A stretch of DNA of 64,000 nt from the human T2T-CHM13v2.0 reference genome, Homo sapiens. A program made the translations under genes and the position numbers. This document shows positions 41,652 to 56,656 of this stretch, one piece after another. The notes under the pieces were generated by a model, which searched no databases, was not told the DNA's origin, and worked only from the letters and a program-made list of their open reading frames with translations. The stretch's first letter is position 1. Every line of letters begins with the position of its first letter. The stretch lies in assembly GCF_009914755.1 (NCBI RefSeq), contig NC_060930.1. One strand, 5' to 3'.

Positions 41652-42010
41652 GTTAGGAATGCATTTGCCTTCAACTAACAGAAGAACCAGCCTCAAAATT
41701 GGCTCATGTAACAAGATATATGATGAAGACAATTGTCAGCATTGGCTCAGTTGCTCATTAATGCCACCAAGTGCGAAGTTCTTTCCACATTTTCTCTCCA
41801 CTATCCTTAGTGGGTTGGCTTTCATACCCATTTTTCTTGCCTCAGGGCTGAAAGATGACCACTGAAGCTTCAGGTATCACATAAAAATTGAAGGTGGAAA
41901 GAAAACACAGAGGCAAAAGTCCTTTCATCTAAAGTTTTACCTTTTTATTTAACAAGAAATTTCTAGTTACACCTTATTACCCAATACCTAGTAAAATGAC
42001 TGAGCAAGGA
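41652..42010 (-). mobile_element. Old MaLR LTR (MLT1L/M/N-like)
   Basis: GTTAGGAATGCATT..AACTAACAGAA..; AAGATGACCACTG.AGCT.CAGGTATCACAT. Confidence 0.55.
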
Positions 42011-42029
42011 GAATGAGGTCCTTGAAATA

Positions 42030-44720
42030 TTTCTTCACAATCTTATTGAGATATAACTCTCATATCATCTAATTCACTCATATTAAGTGTACAGTTTAAT
42101 GTTTTTTAGTGCATTAACAAAATTGAGCAGCCATTACCACAGTCAATTTTAGAACATTTTCATCACCCCCAAAAGAAACCCTGTACCCATTAGCTGTCAC
42201 TCTCCATTTTCTCCCAACTTACCCAGACCTGGGCAATGACTAATCTACTTTCAATGTCTATAGATTTGCCTATTCTGAATATTTTATATAAATAGAATAA
42301 TATAGCCTAGGATCTTTTGTGACTGTCTTAGTTTACTTAGCATAACATTTTCAAGGCTTTCATGTTGTAACATATATGATTACTTTAAATGTTTTTGCCA
42401 AATAATATTTCATCATACAGATATAGCACATGTGACTTGTCCATTTATCAATTCATGAACATTTGGGTTGTTTTCACTTTTTAGTTATTATAAATAAAGC
42501 TATAGATATTTGTGTGTAAGTTTTATATAAACATGTGTTTTCATTTCTCTTGCATCTATGCCTAGGAGCAGAATTCTTAAGTCATATGGTAATTTGATAA
42601 CCCTATATTTAACCTTTTGAGGGACTTATAGGCTGTGTTCCAAAATGGCTGCACCACTTTACATTTTCACAAGCAATGGTATATATATCCTGGAAAATGT
42701 TCCATGTGTGCTTCTGAGGAATTTACATTATGCTCTTGTTGAGTGGGGTATTAAAATCTCCAATTATTTTGTTAGATTGTCTATTTCTCCCTTCCAATTC
42801 TGTCAGTTTTTGTTTTATATATTTTGGGGCTCTGCTGTTAGGTGCATATATGTTTATAATTGTTATATCTTTATAATATAATGTGATAGATTGACCCTTT
42901 TATCAGATAAAAAGCTCTGTTATCTCTAGTAATATTACAGATAGTCCCCAAGTTATGAAGTTTAACTTAATTTTTCAGCTTTACAATGGTGCCAAAGCAA
43001 TACACATTGAGTACATTTCTTAACTTACAATGGAGTTATGTCTGGATAAACTGATCATAAGTTGAAAATGTCATAAGCCAACTCCACAATATTTTCAACT
43101 TACAATGGGTTTATTAGTTTATAACCCCATCATGAGTCAAGGAGCATCTGTTTTTGTTTTCAAGTCTACTTTATCTGATAGCACATTCGCTCCAGCTCTC
43201 TTATGGTTGCTGTTTGAGTGATACTTTCAACCTATTTTTATCTTTGAATTGAATATATGTCTCCTGTGTATTGAATATAGTTGAATCTTGTTATTTTTCA
43301 ATTCAATCTGACAATCTCTTCATTTGATTGGATTGTTTAATCCATTCACATTTAATGTCATTATTTATATTTACCTTTTGTTGTATTTACATCTGCCATT
43401 TTACTTTCTCTTTTTTCTATTACTTATCTTTTCCCATTTTGTTCCTCTCTTACTGCTATTTCATTAAGTGAGTATTTTCTAGTGTAACATTTTAACTAAT
43501 TCCTTTAATGATTTTTCACTATAGTTTTTAGTTATTTTCTTAACGGTTGCTCTAGGATTGCAATATACATTTTAATTTATCAGAATTTACTTTAGATTTC
43601 TCCTAGCTTAATTCCAGTGAAATGCAGAAATGTTACTTCTATAAAACTCTATTCCTTCTTCTCTTGTTCTTGCTGTCATTAATTATTAAGAGATTATTTT
43701 TCATTTCAGCTATCACACATTTCAACTTCAAATTTCCATTGTCCTTTTTAATAATTTCTATCTCTTATTTTTATTCTCCACATGATGATATTGTCATCAT
43801 ATCTTCTTTTACTTCTTTAAGTATTGTTTTCTTTAGTTTTTTAACATATCTATAATACCTGCTTTGAAATCATTGACATCTGGACTTTCTCATAAAACAT
43901 TATTTTTTTCTCCCCCACCCTAACCCTGTACAGGTTGTACTTTTCCCATTTCTTTGTATGTCTTATAATTTTTTTTTTGAAAACTGGACATTTTAGATAA
44001 TACACTGTGGTGACACTTGATATTGTCCTTCTCCCAGAAGTATTGTTGCTTTGTTTGCTTGTTTATTCATTTAGTGATTTTATTGGGCAATGTCAGTAAA
44101 ATGTATTTACCTTGTAGCGTGTAGCCTCTGATATTTCTCCTCAGAGGACACAGACTTGAGTATGCATATGATTACCTTGGGAGGACAGTGGTTTTACCAG
44201 AATTATATTTGAATGTCTCCTTCCCATGATCTCTCTGTTAAGCTTCTAGCTCCTCTGCCTCTATTAGTATTACAATGGCAGTTAACCTCCTCCAGTATCC
44301 AGCTGATTTCTCTATTGTATTCCATAAAATCATGCATCATACATTTCTCCACAGTCTGATTCAGGCCCCTTTGCAGAAATAGTCTTTGAGGCTAGGCAGT
44401 GAGATTTTTTTCCGACCCCAGAAGGGCTCTTCTTAGCTGTTTCTTTCCCTGGTTCTCTCTGTTAAACTTCTAGCTGGTCTTCAGTTTAGCTTGTTGCTAT
44501 CATGAAGCTCTCCTCTTAATTGATTACCACCAAAATCACCATTAATTTAAACATCACCCTTAGGTTTGAACCTCCCCATGTCTGTTCTTAGGCCTCCCCA
44601 TCCCCTGAACGAAACCTCTGCACCACAGCTCTCGTGCTAGAGGTAGAGACAATGGCACCCTTGTCTTAGAGTAGCACTCCTGATTTACAAGTGGGATACT
44701 GAATGGGGGAGGTAGCTCTC
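42030..44720 (-). mobile_element. Cluster of old antisense L1M pieces (L1MB-type 3' end 42030-42680; ORF2/ORF1/5'UTR-like pieces to ~44720)
   Basis: TTATTGAGATATAA..AATTTTAGAACATTTTCATCACCCCCAAAAGAAACCCTGTACCCATTAGC; T-rich antisense endonuclease motifs. Confidence 0.75.
42938..43150. mobile_element. MER47/Tigger5-type MITE
   Basis: TIRs CAGATAGTCCCCAAGTTATG / CATGAGTCAAGGAGCATCTG; preceded by TA. Confidence 0.8.
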
Positions 44721-45688
44721 ATGGCTTACTTTAGGGTCACTTTTGGTGTCCTGCATGGTAAGGATTTGAGCAAATGTACAGTGACATGTATGCACCATTA
44801 CAGTATTATCCAGAATAGTTTCACTGCCTTAAAATCCTGTGTGCCCCACCTATGTATTTCCTCCACTTAGCACCTGGCAGTCACTGATACTTTTACTTTC
44901 TGCATAGCTTTGCCATTTCCAGAATATCATATAGTTTAAATCACAGTATGTAGCCTTTCAGATTGGCCTCTTTCAGTCAGTAATATGTATTTAAGTTTCC
45001 TCCATGTCTTTTCTGGCTTCGTAGCTTATTCTTTTTAGTACTGAATGATGCTCCCTAGTCTGGATGTATCAGTTTATCCACCCACCCACCTACTAAAGGA
45101 TATCTTGATTGCTGCCAAGTTTTAGCAATTCCGAATAAAGCTGCTATAAACACCTGTGTGCAGGTTTTTGTGTAGACATAAGTTATAATCTTCTTTGGAT
45201 AAATACCAAGGAGTATGATTGCTGGGTCATATGTTAAGAGTTTCTTTAGTTCTGTAAGAAAACACTAAACTATCTTCCAACATGACTGTACCATTTTGCA
45301 TTCCTTCCAGCAATACATGAGAATTCCTATTGCTCCACATCTTCACCAGCATTTGTTGTTGTCAGTGTTTCAGAATTTTGCCATTCTAATAGGTATACAG
45401 TATTATCCCATTTTTGGTTTTAATTTGCATTTCTCTAATAATATCTGACATAAAGCATCTTTTCATATGCTTATTTGCCTTCTGTCTGTCTTCTTTGGTG
45501 AGGTATCCGTTAAGGTCTTTGACCCATTTTTTTAATTGGGTTTGTGTTCTTATTGTTGAGTTTTATGGTTCTTTGTATTCTTTGAATAATAGTCCTTTAT
45601 GAGATATGTATTTTTCAAATATTTTCTCCCATTCTGTGACTTATCTTCTCATTCTCTTGATATTGTCTTTTGCAGAGAAGAAGCTTTT

Positions 45689-45987
<299 letters not shown>

Positions 45988-48900
45988 AGAAGCTTTTAAT
46001 TTTAATGGAGTCTTGCTTATGAATTATTTCTTTCATGGATTCTGCCGTTGCTGCTGTACCTAAAAAGTCATCTTTATATCCAAACTCATCTCCCATCTTG
46101 TCTAGTTTTATAGTTTTGTGTTTTATACGTTGGCATACTGTCCATTTTGAGTTGATTTTCATGAAGAGTATAAGGCCTGTGTCTTTTTTTTTTTTCTTTG
46201 CCTGTGGATGTCCAGTTTTTTCAGTACCATTTGTTGAAAAGACTATCTCTACTTTGTTATATTGCCTCTATTTCTTTGTCAAAGATTAGGTAACTATATT
46301 TATGTGAGTCTATTCCTGATCTTTTTTCCATTGATCTATTTGTCTGCTTTTTGCCAATACCACACTGTCTTGATTATTGCAGCTTTATAGTAAGTATTAA
46401 AGTTGGATAGTGTCACTCCTCCAACTTCGTTCTTATCCTTTAGTATTGTGTTAGCTATTCTGTGTCTTTTACCTGTCTGTATAAATGTTACAGCAAGTTT
46501 GTTAATATCCACAAAATAACTTGCTAGGATTTTGATTGGGATTGCATTGAATCTATAGATCAAGTTGGGAAGAAAGAGAATTTTGACAATATTGAGTCTT
46601 CTGTTCTATGAACATGTAATCTCCATTAGTTCCTCTTTGATTTTATTCATCAGTTTTGTACTTGTTATAGATCTTGCACATATTTTGTTATATTTATACC
46701 CAAGCCTTTTATTTTGGGGGGCTGCTAATGTAAATGGTATTGTGTTTTTAATTTCAAATTCCACTGTTCCTGGCTGGTGTATAAAAACATGATTGACTTT
46801 TGTGTATTAATCTTGTATCCTGCAACCTTGCTATAATGGCTTTTTAGTTCCTGGAATTTTTCGGTGGTGGTTATTGTTGTAGTTGTTTATTCTTTTGGAT
46901 TTTCTAGAGACTATTATGTCATCTGTGAATCTTTTATTTCTTCTTTCTCAATCTGTGTACATTTATTTCATTTCCTCATCTCATTGCATTAGCAAGGACT
47001 TCCAGTACAACGCTGAAAAAGAGTGATGAGAAAGGACATCCTCACCTTTTTTCTAATTTTAGCAGGCAAATTTCTGGTTTCTCACAATGTTAGCTGTGGG
47101 GTTATTTGTAGATTTTTTTAAATCATATTGAGGAAGTTTCCATCTATATCTAGTTTGCTGAAAGTTTTTATTATGAATGGGTATTGGATTTTGACAAATG
47201 TTTTTTTCTGTATCCACTGATGTCCATATGAATTTTCTTCTTAAGCCTGTTAATGTGATAAATTACAATTTTCAAATGTTGAATCAGCCTTGTATATCTG
47301 GGATAAATACCACTTGGTAATGGTATATAGTTATTTTTATAAATTGCAATTTAATTTACTAACATTTTGTTGAGGATATTTGCATCTATGTTCACTAGAG
47401 ATATTGGTCTGTATTTTTTTTTGTAATGTCTTCTTTTGGTTTTAATATTAGCATAATACTGGCCTCGTAGAATGAGTTAGGAAGTGTTCCCTTTGCTTGT
47501 CCTCTGAAAGAGATCATAGAAAATTGATATAATTTCTTTTTTAAATCTTTGATAGAATTCACCAGTGAACCTCTTCGGATTTGTTACTTTCTGTTTTGGA
47601 GGTTAGTATTACTTATTATTGACTTAATTTCTTTAATAGATATAAGTCTATTCAGACTGTTTCTTCTTGCCTAAGTTTTGGTAGATTATGTTTTTCAAAG
47701 AACTGGTCCATTTCATTTAGGTTATCAAATTTGTGGACATAAAGTTATAATAGCATTCTTTATTATTATTCCTTATTATCCTTACAGTGTCTCTGGGATC
47801 AGTAGTGATATTCTCTCTTTCCTTTCTGATATTAGTAATTTGTGTTCCCTCTTTTTTTTTTAATTAGTCTGGCAAACGGCTCCTTAATTTTATTGATCTT
47901 TTCAAATAACCAGTTTTTTGTTTCATTGGTTTTCTTTATTGATTTTCTGGTTTCCATTTTATTGATTTCTGCTGTAATTTTTATTATTTCTTTTATTCTT
48001 ACCTTGAACTTAACTTCCTCTTTTGTTCTAGTTTCTTAAAATGGAAGCTGAGATTATTGATTTAGATGTTTTCTTTATAATACATGCATTCAATGTTATA
48101 AATTTCTCTGTAAGCACTACTTTTGCTGCATCCCACAAGTTTTGGTAAGTGTGTTTTCATTTTTATTTAGTTCAAAATATTTTTAAATTTAAGATTTCTC
48201 TTTTGACCCATGTGTTACTTAGAAGTGTGTTATTTAATTTTCATGTATTTCAAGATTTTGTAGTTATCTCTCTGTTATTGGTGCCTAGTTTAATTTCATT
48301 GTGGTCTGAAGGCAGACATCATATGATTTCTATTCTTTTAGATTTTTAAGGTGTGATTTACGGCCCAGAATGTGATCTATCTTAGTGAATGTTTCCTGAG
48401 AGCCTGAGAAGAATATGTACTCTGCTTTTGTTGGATAAACTAGTTTATAGATATCAATGATATCCAGTTGATTAATAGTGTCACTGAGTTAAACTATATC
48501 CTTACTGACTTCCTATCTGTTGGATCTACCTATTTCTGATCTAAGGTTGTTGAAGTCTCCAACTATGATAGTGGATTCAACTATTTCTTCTTGCACTTCT
48601 ATCAGATTTTGCTCCAGGTAGTTTGATGCTCTGTTGTCAGGCACATACATTTGAAGAATTGTTATGTCTTCTTGGAGAATTAACCCTTGGAGAATATAAT
48701 AATTTTATCATTATATAATGCCCTTCCTTATCTCTGATCATTTCTTTTATGTTATATTGTCTCCATCTGAAATTAACATAGATACTCCTGCTTTCTTTTG
48801 ATTAATGTTAGCATATTATATCTTTCTCCATCCATTTACTTTTAATCTAGATGTGTCTTAATATTTAATGTGGGCTTCCTGTAGACAGCATGATTTTGGG

Positions 48901-49361
48901 TCTAGTTTTTTGATCCCCTCTGACAATCTCTGTCTTTTAAGTGGTATGCTTAGACCACTGATGTTCAAACTAATTAATATAATTGGATTAATATCTACCA
49001 TATTTATTACTATTTTCTATTTGTAGCCCTTGTTGTTTGTTTCTTTTTTTAATCTTCCATTATTTTGCTGCTTTTTGTGGTTTTAATTGTGCATTTTATA
49101 TGATTATGTTCTCTTTTATTTAGCATATCAGTTATACTTCTTTTATTTTACTTTTTTTAGTAAGTGCCTTAGAGTTTGCAGTGTACATTTACAATTCATC
49201 CAAGTCTACTTTCAAATGACAGTATATATACCACTTTACAGTGGTGTGAGTTCCTTATACTAACCAAACAATCCTAATTCCTCCCTGTTGTCCGTTGCAT
49301 CATTGCTGTCATTCATTTCACTTATATTTAAGCACACATAAGCAAATACATATTTGAATAA

Positions 49362-49743
<382 letters not shown>

Positions 49744-51699
49744 TTCTGTCTTTATTTATGTAGATCTGAGTTTCTCACCTGTATGGTTTAACTTCTCTAT
49801 AAAATATTTTTTACTTATAATGTTATTTTGTATTTTGCTTATTATAAGTTTTATATTGTTGCCTAAATAGATTTTATTTGCATAAATTTACAGGGTACAT
49901 GTGCACATTTGTTACATGAATATATTGTGTAGTGGTGAAAGAAAATAGACATTTCTTGCAAAGCAGGTTTACTGACAACAAATTCCTTTAATTTTTGTTT
50001 GTCTAAGAAAGTATTCTCCTTCACTTTTGAAGGAGAATCTTACAGGGTACAAAATTCTAGGTTGGTGGGTTTTTTCCTCTAAACTCTTTGAATATTATAC
50101 TCCACTCTCTTCTTGCTTGGATGGTTTCTGAGGACAAGTCAGCTGTAATTCTTATTTTCTTTTCTCTATAGGCAAGGTATTTTTTCCCCTCTGGCTTCCT
50201 TCAGGATTTTTTTCTTCATCTTTGATTTTTCTGTAGTTTGAAAATGATATGCCTAAGTGTGTTTTTTTTGGCATTTATCCTGCTTCTTATTCTATGCTCT
50301 TCCTGAAGCTGCGGTTTGGTGTTTGACACTAATTTGGGGAAATTCTCAGTCATTTTTGTATCCAATATTTCTTCCATTTATTTCCCTTTCTTCTCCTTCT
50401 GATATTCTCATTACATATATGTTACACCTTTTGTAGTTGTCCCACAGTCCCTGGATATTCTGTTTTTGTTTCTTGCAATCTTTGTTCTCTTTGCTTTTCA
50501 CTTTTGGTGGTTTCCAGTGATATGTCCTCAAACTCAGAGATCCTCTCCTCAGCCAGTCCAGTCTACTAGTAAGCCCATCAAAGGGATTCTTCATTCCTCT
50601 TACAGTGTTTTTGATCTCTAACATTTCTTTTTGGTCTTATCTTGGGATTTCCATTTCTCCGCTCACATTGTCCATCTGTTCTTGCATGTTATCTACTTTA
50701 TCCATTACAGCCCTTAGTGTATCAATTACAATTGTTTTAAATGTCTGGCCTGATGATTCCAAAATCCCTTCCAGGTCTGGTTCTGAGGCTTCCTTGGTCT
50801 CTTCAAATTGTTGGGGTGGGGGGGTTCTACCTTTTAATATGCATTGTAATTTTTTCTTGATAGTCAGACATGATGTACTGGGTAAAAGGAACTGCTGTAA
50901 ATAAGCTTTATTAATGTGTTGGGACAGGGAAAGTGTTCTATAGTCTTATGATTAAGTTTCAGTCTTTCACTCGACCTATGTCTCAACTGTGAACTTCTCA
51001 AGTTTTTCTGTTTGTTTTTTTTTTTTTTTTTCTCTCCCCTTTTAGGTGGGAGAGAATGGATGGAGTGCACTGGAATTGGGTATTTTCCTTCTTTCACATG
51101 GAAGGTTAGAGTTGACCAGAGTTGGGTATGTCCCTTCCCCCAAGTCAGTTAGACTCTGACAATACCCCAGCAGGTGAGGCTATAGTTAACTAGTTTCTCC
51201 CGAGGGTAATCCTTGTTAAGAACAGATTGCTCTGGCGTAGTTTTAAATGGTTCCTTTTGCTCACCTCCTGCTGAAAGCATGAAGAGATTCTTCTCTGATA
51301 TTTTCTGTGAGAATCTGATCAAGCTCCTAGAGGTGAAACTCACAAATATTTGGTAGTCGCTCTAGACTGGGTTGCTCCGGAGTTTTTAACTCTCAGGCTT
51401 GTTCGCCCTGATCCTCCAGCAATTTGTAAATTAGAGCTCAGGTTTTCCTGCCCCAGCACCGGTCCCCACAGTGGTTTCCACAGGTGAGTCTCTGCTCTGG
51501 AAGACGGTAACTCCCTGCACTTGCCTGTCTGTCTCTCCAATAGTGGGAATAACGTCCTTACCTCTCTTTCAGATCCTAGAAGAGTTGTTAATGTTTCAGT
51601 ATGCTCAGCTTTTAACATGCTGTTAGGGCAGACTGGCAACTTCCAAGCTTCTTATCTTACATGCAAAACTGAAAACCCTAACTTGCTTTTTCTGGTTTG

Positions 51700-53070
51700 A
51701 TAGGTTTGTGGTTTTAGTACTTTAAAAATGTCGGTGCACTGTATTCCGGCTTACGTGGTTTCTGATGAAAATTCAGTCGTTCTTATCTTGGTTGTTCTGT
51801 ACATAATGTTTTTTTCTCTGCCTGCTTTTATGATTTTTCTCTATCACTGTGTTTTAGTAATTGCATATCATGTTCTTAGTGTCATTATTTTTATGTTTAT
51901 TCTACTTAAGGTTTTGGGGGCTTTTTTATATCTGTAGGTTTATAGTTTTCATCAAATTTCTAACATTTCTGACAATTTTTTGTTTAAATATTTTGACATC
52001 CTCCCCTCTGTGGCCCTGCTCCTCCAAGACCCCAAATATACATACGTTAGAATGCTTTATATCTTTCCAAAAGTCACTAAGTGTCTATTAATTTTCTCAA
52101 ATGTTTTTTCTCTCTGTGATTGAGTTTGGATGGTTTCTCTTGCTGTGTTTTCAAGTCCACTGATTTTTATTTTTAGGAGAAGAACAAGTTTAATTAGTTC
52201 CTTCCAGTGAATGTTTTAAGATGAAGTTTTACATATATATATACGTGTGTGTGTATATATATGTATATATATATGTATACACACACACATATACATATAT
52301 ATACACACACACACACGTATATATATATACACACACACACACATATAGAAGTTGCATTTGGGCCTTTTAAAAAAGTTCTTGTCTGCTAATTCCATCAATT
52401 CTGTCATTTCTTGGTCTGATTTTATTGTGTTTATTTGTTTTGGGGCTTTTGTGTTGTTATGGGTCATACTTTCTTGGTTCATTGCATGCCTCTTAAGTTT
52501 TGGTTAGATGTTAGACATTTTAGATTTTTACATTTTTGAGTTTGGAATTTTGTTTTCTTTCTGTAAAGAGTGCTGGACTTTGCTGTGGCATGTTGTTAAA
52601 ACTTTTTGCCCATCTGTTCTATATGTTTATGTTCTTTATAAGCAAATTTTGGATCAGGTATGGAGCGGCTTTTACTCTAGGGCTAATTAAGTCATTGTAC
52701 TAAGACAGGACTCCTCTGAGAACTTTAACAAATAACCCTTGCCTTATGAGGTCTCCACTTTCTGGCTGGTGATAAAGCAATTTTTTCTCAATGTGAATGA
52801 ATTCTGGGAAGCATTTGGCTTACTGTTTTCTAGTGGTTCTTTCCTTGGCCTCATGGAGTTTGAACACCACCCAGGTGTCGGCGGGAACTCAATGAGAGAC
52901 TCTAGCAGAATGCTCTGCAGATCTCTGGAGATGCTCATGTGTGCAGTTCTTCTTCTTGATACTCGGACTCACAAATTCTAGTCACCTCAGCCTTCTGGAA
53001 CACTGAGTTCTGCCTCCTCCACTCACTATAACTGGCTGGTTCTGTTGGGGTTTCCCCTCTCTGCAGTGAA
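51700..53070 (-). mobile_element. Old L1M ORF1/5' region
   Basis: Antisense ORF1-like (DQEMTELMELADKNF; GGTTTCTGATGA.AA.TCAG). Confidence 0.7.
52231..52346. repeat. Complex (TA)/(TG)/(CA) microsatellite
   Basis: Direct reading. Confidence 0.95.
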
Positions 53071-53724
53071 GTCACATACACTTACAACAGTTAGCTTCTA
53101 TCCTATTGGCCAGAATTTAATAATGTGAAAACACCTAGGTATATAAAATACTGAGAAATGTAGTTTTTATTTTGGGTGGGCCCAGCTCAGCTAAAACTCA
53201 GGAGGTCTAATTTTGAGAAACAAGGGAAAAACAAATACTTACAGATTAACAGCAATCTTTTACATAAAAATTTTCCACCCCCAAGTGAAAATAAGTAGCA
53301 GTTTCACTTTTTCAAAGGCTTTAGGCTATTTTGTTTCCTAGAAACATATTTATTTTCATTAATAGATTATTGGGTCTGACCTCCAACTCAGATAAAACCA
53401 TTGGATTCCATTTTTTATTATCCCTATGAGTTCTATCCTAAGAATATGAAATAATTCAAGATTCCATTAAGTCAGGCACAAATTACCCTTTAATTATATT
53501 AGTAGTCTATCATCAAAAGTCTTTAGAGTGAAAAGGAACATACATGAATGTATAATAAAAGCCAAGAAAATGTAAAACTATTCATTCTGGGTAGGAGTTG
53601 CAGGCTTCTCTGAGTTCAGAGATATTTATGTAAGATGTGCTTAGAAGAACAATGTCTTTTTAAGCTTTGCATCCCATGACATATTAACAGTAAAATTTAA
53701 AAGGGACTCAGTAATCAGCAAAAT

Positions 53725-54460
53725 GACTTATATGAGAATGTTCACAACTTGTTTCATACTAACCGAAACCTGGAAATGGTCCAGGATGGATCCATAGGTG
53801 AATGGATTAGTTGTAATATATGCATACAAGGGTATATGCATACTCATCAATAAAAAGAAACAAACTATTGATACATGCAACAACATGGATATGTCTCAAA
53901 AGCATTATGCTGGATGAAACATGTTTTATACAAAACAGTACATGCTGGCTTTACTAATATCAGTGGCTGATTCCACTAATATCAAGCTCTGGAAATAGCA
54001 AAATTAATCTATGGTGGAAAAAAGGTAAAACAGTCTCTGCGGGTGGGGGAAGGAATTGACTTGGAAGAGACATGAGGAAACTCTAAGGGGAGATGGTAAT
54101 GTTTTATATCTTAATCATAGTTTTGGTTATACAGGTGTGACCATTGGTCAGAACTCAGTGACTGTACGTTTCAAACTTATGCATTTGATTATTTTATATC
54201 AAAAGAAGAAAATGTATATTGATATTGAACTCTAGTTAATATTATGTCTGCTGAAATACTTAGAAGGAAGTACATTTATGTCTACAATTTCCTTTAAAAT
54301 GCATGAAAATAATGAGTTGATTGGAGGACAGAGGGATGGATGGATGCCTGCATAGTAAAATGTTAATAGTAGAGTCTTGGTGGTGTGTATATGAGTGTTC
54401 ACTGTACAAGTCTTTTAATATTGCAGTTAAAAATTTTTTAAATAAATATTGAGAGGAAAA
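53725..54460 (+). mobile_element. L1MD/ME-type 3' end
   Basis: AAAAAGAAACAAACTATTGATACATGCAACAACATGGAT..AAAATTAATCTATGGTG..GATGGTAATGTTTTATATCTT..GTTCACTGTACAA. Confidence 0.8.
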
Positions 54461-54763
54461 AGCGAGTGTGAGGGTAGCTTTGAGGCAAATGTCTGGATAG
54501 AATTTTTAGCCAGAATAACTTCAGTAAACTAGGATGGTATTCGTCTTCTTTAAAGTGTATGACTCTCTTAGCCTGGAGGGAAAAAAGGTATAGAAAGGTT
54601 TACACAGTCAAAACCACAGTTTAATATTTCCAGATTGAGAAGGATTCTGTGTATATTTAGTATTTCATATTGATGTAATGTTTAAGAGAATGTGACCTAA
54701 TAGAATGACAATCTCATAACTCCAATTTGAAACATGTAAATAAGTAACTGAGATAGACTTCTG

Positions 54764-55894
54764 TTTTTTTTTAACTTCTATTTTAGGTTCAGGGGTACAT
54801 GTGAAGGTTTGTTACATAGGTAAATTCATGTCACGGGGGTTTGTTGTACAGATTATTTCATCACCATACTGGGCTTAGGTATTAAGCCCAGTTCCTAATA
54901 GTTATCTTTTATGCTCCTCCCGCTCCTCCCACCCTCCACCCTCAAGTAGATCCCAGTGTCTGTTGTTACCTTCTTTGTGTCCATGAGTTCTCATCATTTA
55001 GTTCCCACTTATAAGTCAGAACGTGCAGTATTTGGTTTTTTGCGCCTGCATTAGTTTGCTAAGGATAATGGCCTCCAGCTCCATCCATGTTCCTGCAAAA
55101 GACATGATCTCATTTTTTTTTATGACTGCATCGTATTCCATGGTATGTATGTACCACATTTTCTTTATCCAATCTGTCATTGATGGGCATTTAGGTTGAC
55201 TCCATGACTTTGCTATTGTGAACATGCTGAAATGAATGTTCAGGTGCATGTGTCTTTATAGTAGAATAATTCATATTCCTTGGGGTATATAGCCAGTTAT
55301 GAGATTGCTGGTTCAAATGGTAATTCTGCTTTTAGCTCTTTGAGGAATCGGCATACTGCTTTCCACAATGGTTGAAGTAATTCACACTCCCAATAACAGT
55401 GCATTAGTGTTCCTTTTCTCCACAACCTCGCTAGCATCAGTTATTTTTTGGCTTTTTAGTAATAGCCATTCTGACTGGTGTGAGATGGTATCTCATTATG
55501 ATTTTGATTTGCATTTCTCTAATGATGAGTGATATTGAGCTTTTTTCGTACGCTTGTTGCCTGCATGTATGTCTTCTATTGAAAAGTGTCTTTTCATGTC
55601 CTTTGCCCACTTTTTAATGGGGTTCTTTGTTTTTTTCTCGTACATTTGTATAAGTTTCTTATAGATGTTGGGTATTAGACCTTTGTCAGATGTATAGCTT
55701 GCAAATATTTTATCCCATTCTAGTTCTTTGAAGAAAGTTATTGGTAGTTTGATAGCAATAGCACTGAATCTGTACATTGCTTTGAGCAGTATGGACATTT
55801 TAATGATATTGATTCTTCCTATCTATGAGCATCGGATGCTTTTCCATTTGTGTCTTCTCTGATTTCTTTGAGCAGTGTTTTGTAACTCTCATTG
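54764..55894 (-). mobile_element. 5'-truncated L1PA (PA13-like) with internal deletion
   Basis: GGGGTACATGTGAAGGTTTGTTACATAGGTAAA 3' end; ORF2 remnants; TSD TAGACTTCTG (54754-54763 / 55895-55904). Confidence 0.9.
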
Positions 55895-56656
55895 TAGACT
55901 TCTGATTTTAAACTAAAATCTTACTAAGTTTAGTTTAGTATTGGAAATTTTACAATATATAAGACTTAAATGCTCAGAAAGATTTTGTTGTTGTTGTTGA
56001 GAAAATTGAAATACATGTCCTATAAAACTAAATTAAATGTGTCAAATTTATAAACAAAATTTTAAACGTTTGAAGGTTTAAACATTTTAGCAAAATCTGT
56101 AAATATGACCAAACTGAATTTAAAAACCCCTTAAAAATAACTGATAAAATTTACTAGACTTAAAAATAGAGTAAGATTTGTAAGCTAAATTGAAAGCCTA
56201 TGAATTGCATTTTTTTAAAACTGCCTTCAAGTTTTTCAAAAAGCTCATATCAATAGAAAGAAGCTTCACTACCAAAATATTTTTCAGGGAATATTTTGGA
56301 TCACAGAGGTAGGCTGAAATAGCGAGCTTTCCAACAGATTTTTTAACGTTCATAGAAAATATCAACCCAATCATCAGCTAGGCTATTTTCTAAAGTATAT
56401 AGAACTACATGTAATAAGCAAAATATTCCAGGACTCTTTTGAGGAGTTTAACAATATAGCTAACTTCAAAATCACTGCTACTCAATGTTAGCAAAAGTTC
56501 AGGGAGAGAAGCACTATTTACCAAATGTTGCCTAAAGTATATGCAATTCATCCATTTCTCCAAGTAACCTAAACCTTCTACAGAATTAAGCCAGACCATC
56601 AGAAAGCTGGTCTCCATTCTCCTTGTCCTTCCCATTTAACACCACAGAACTTCTTT

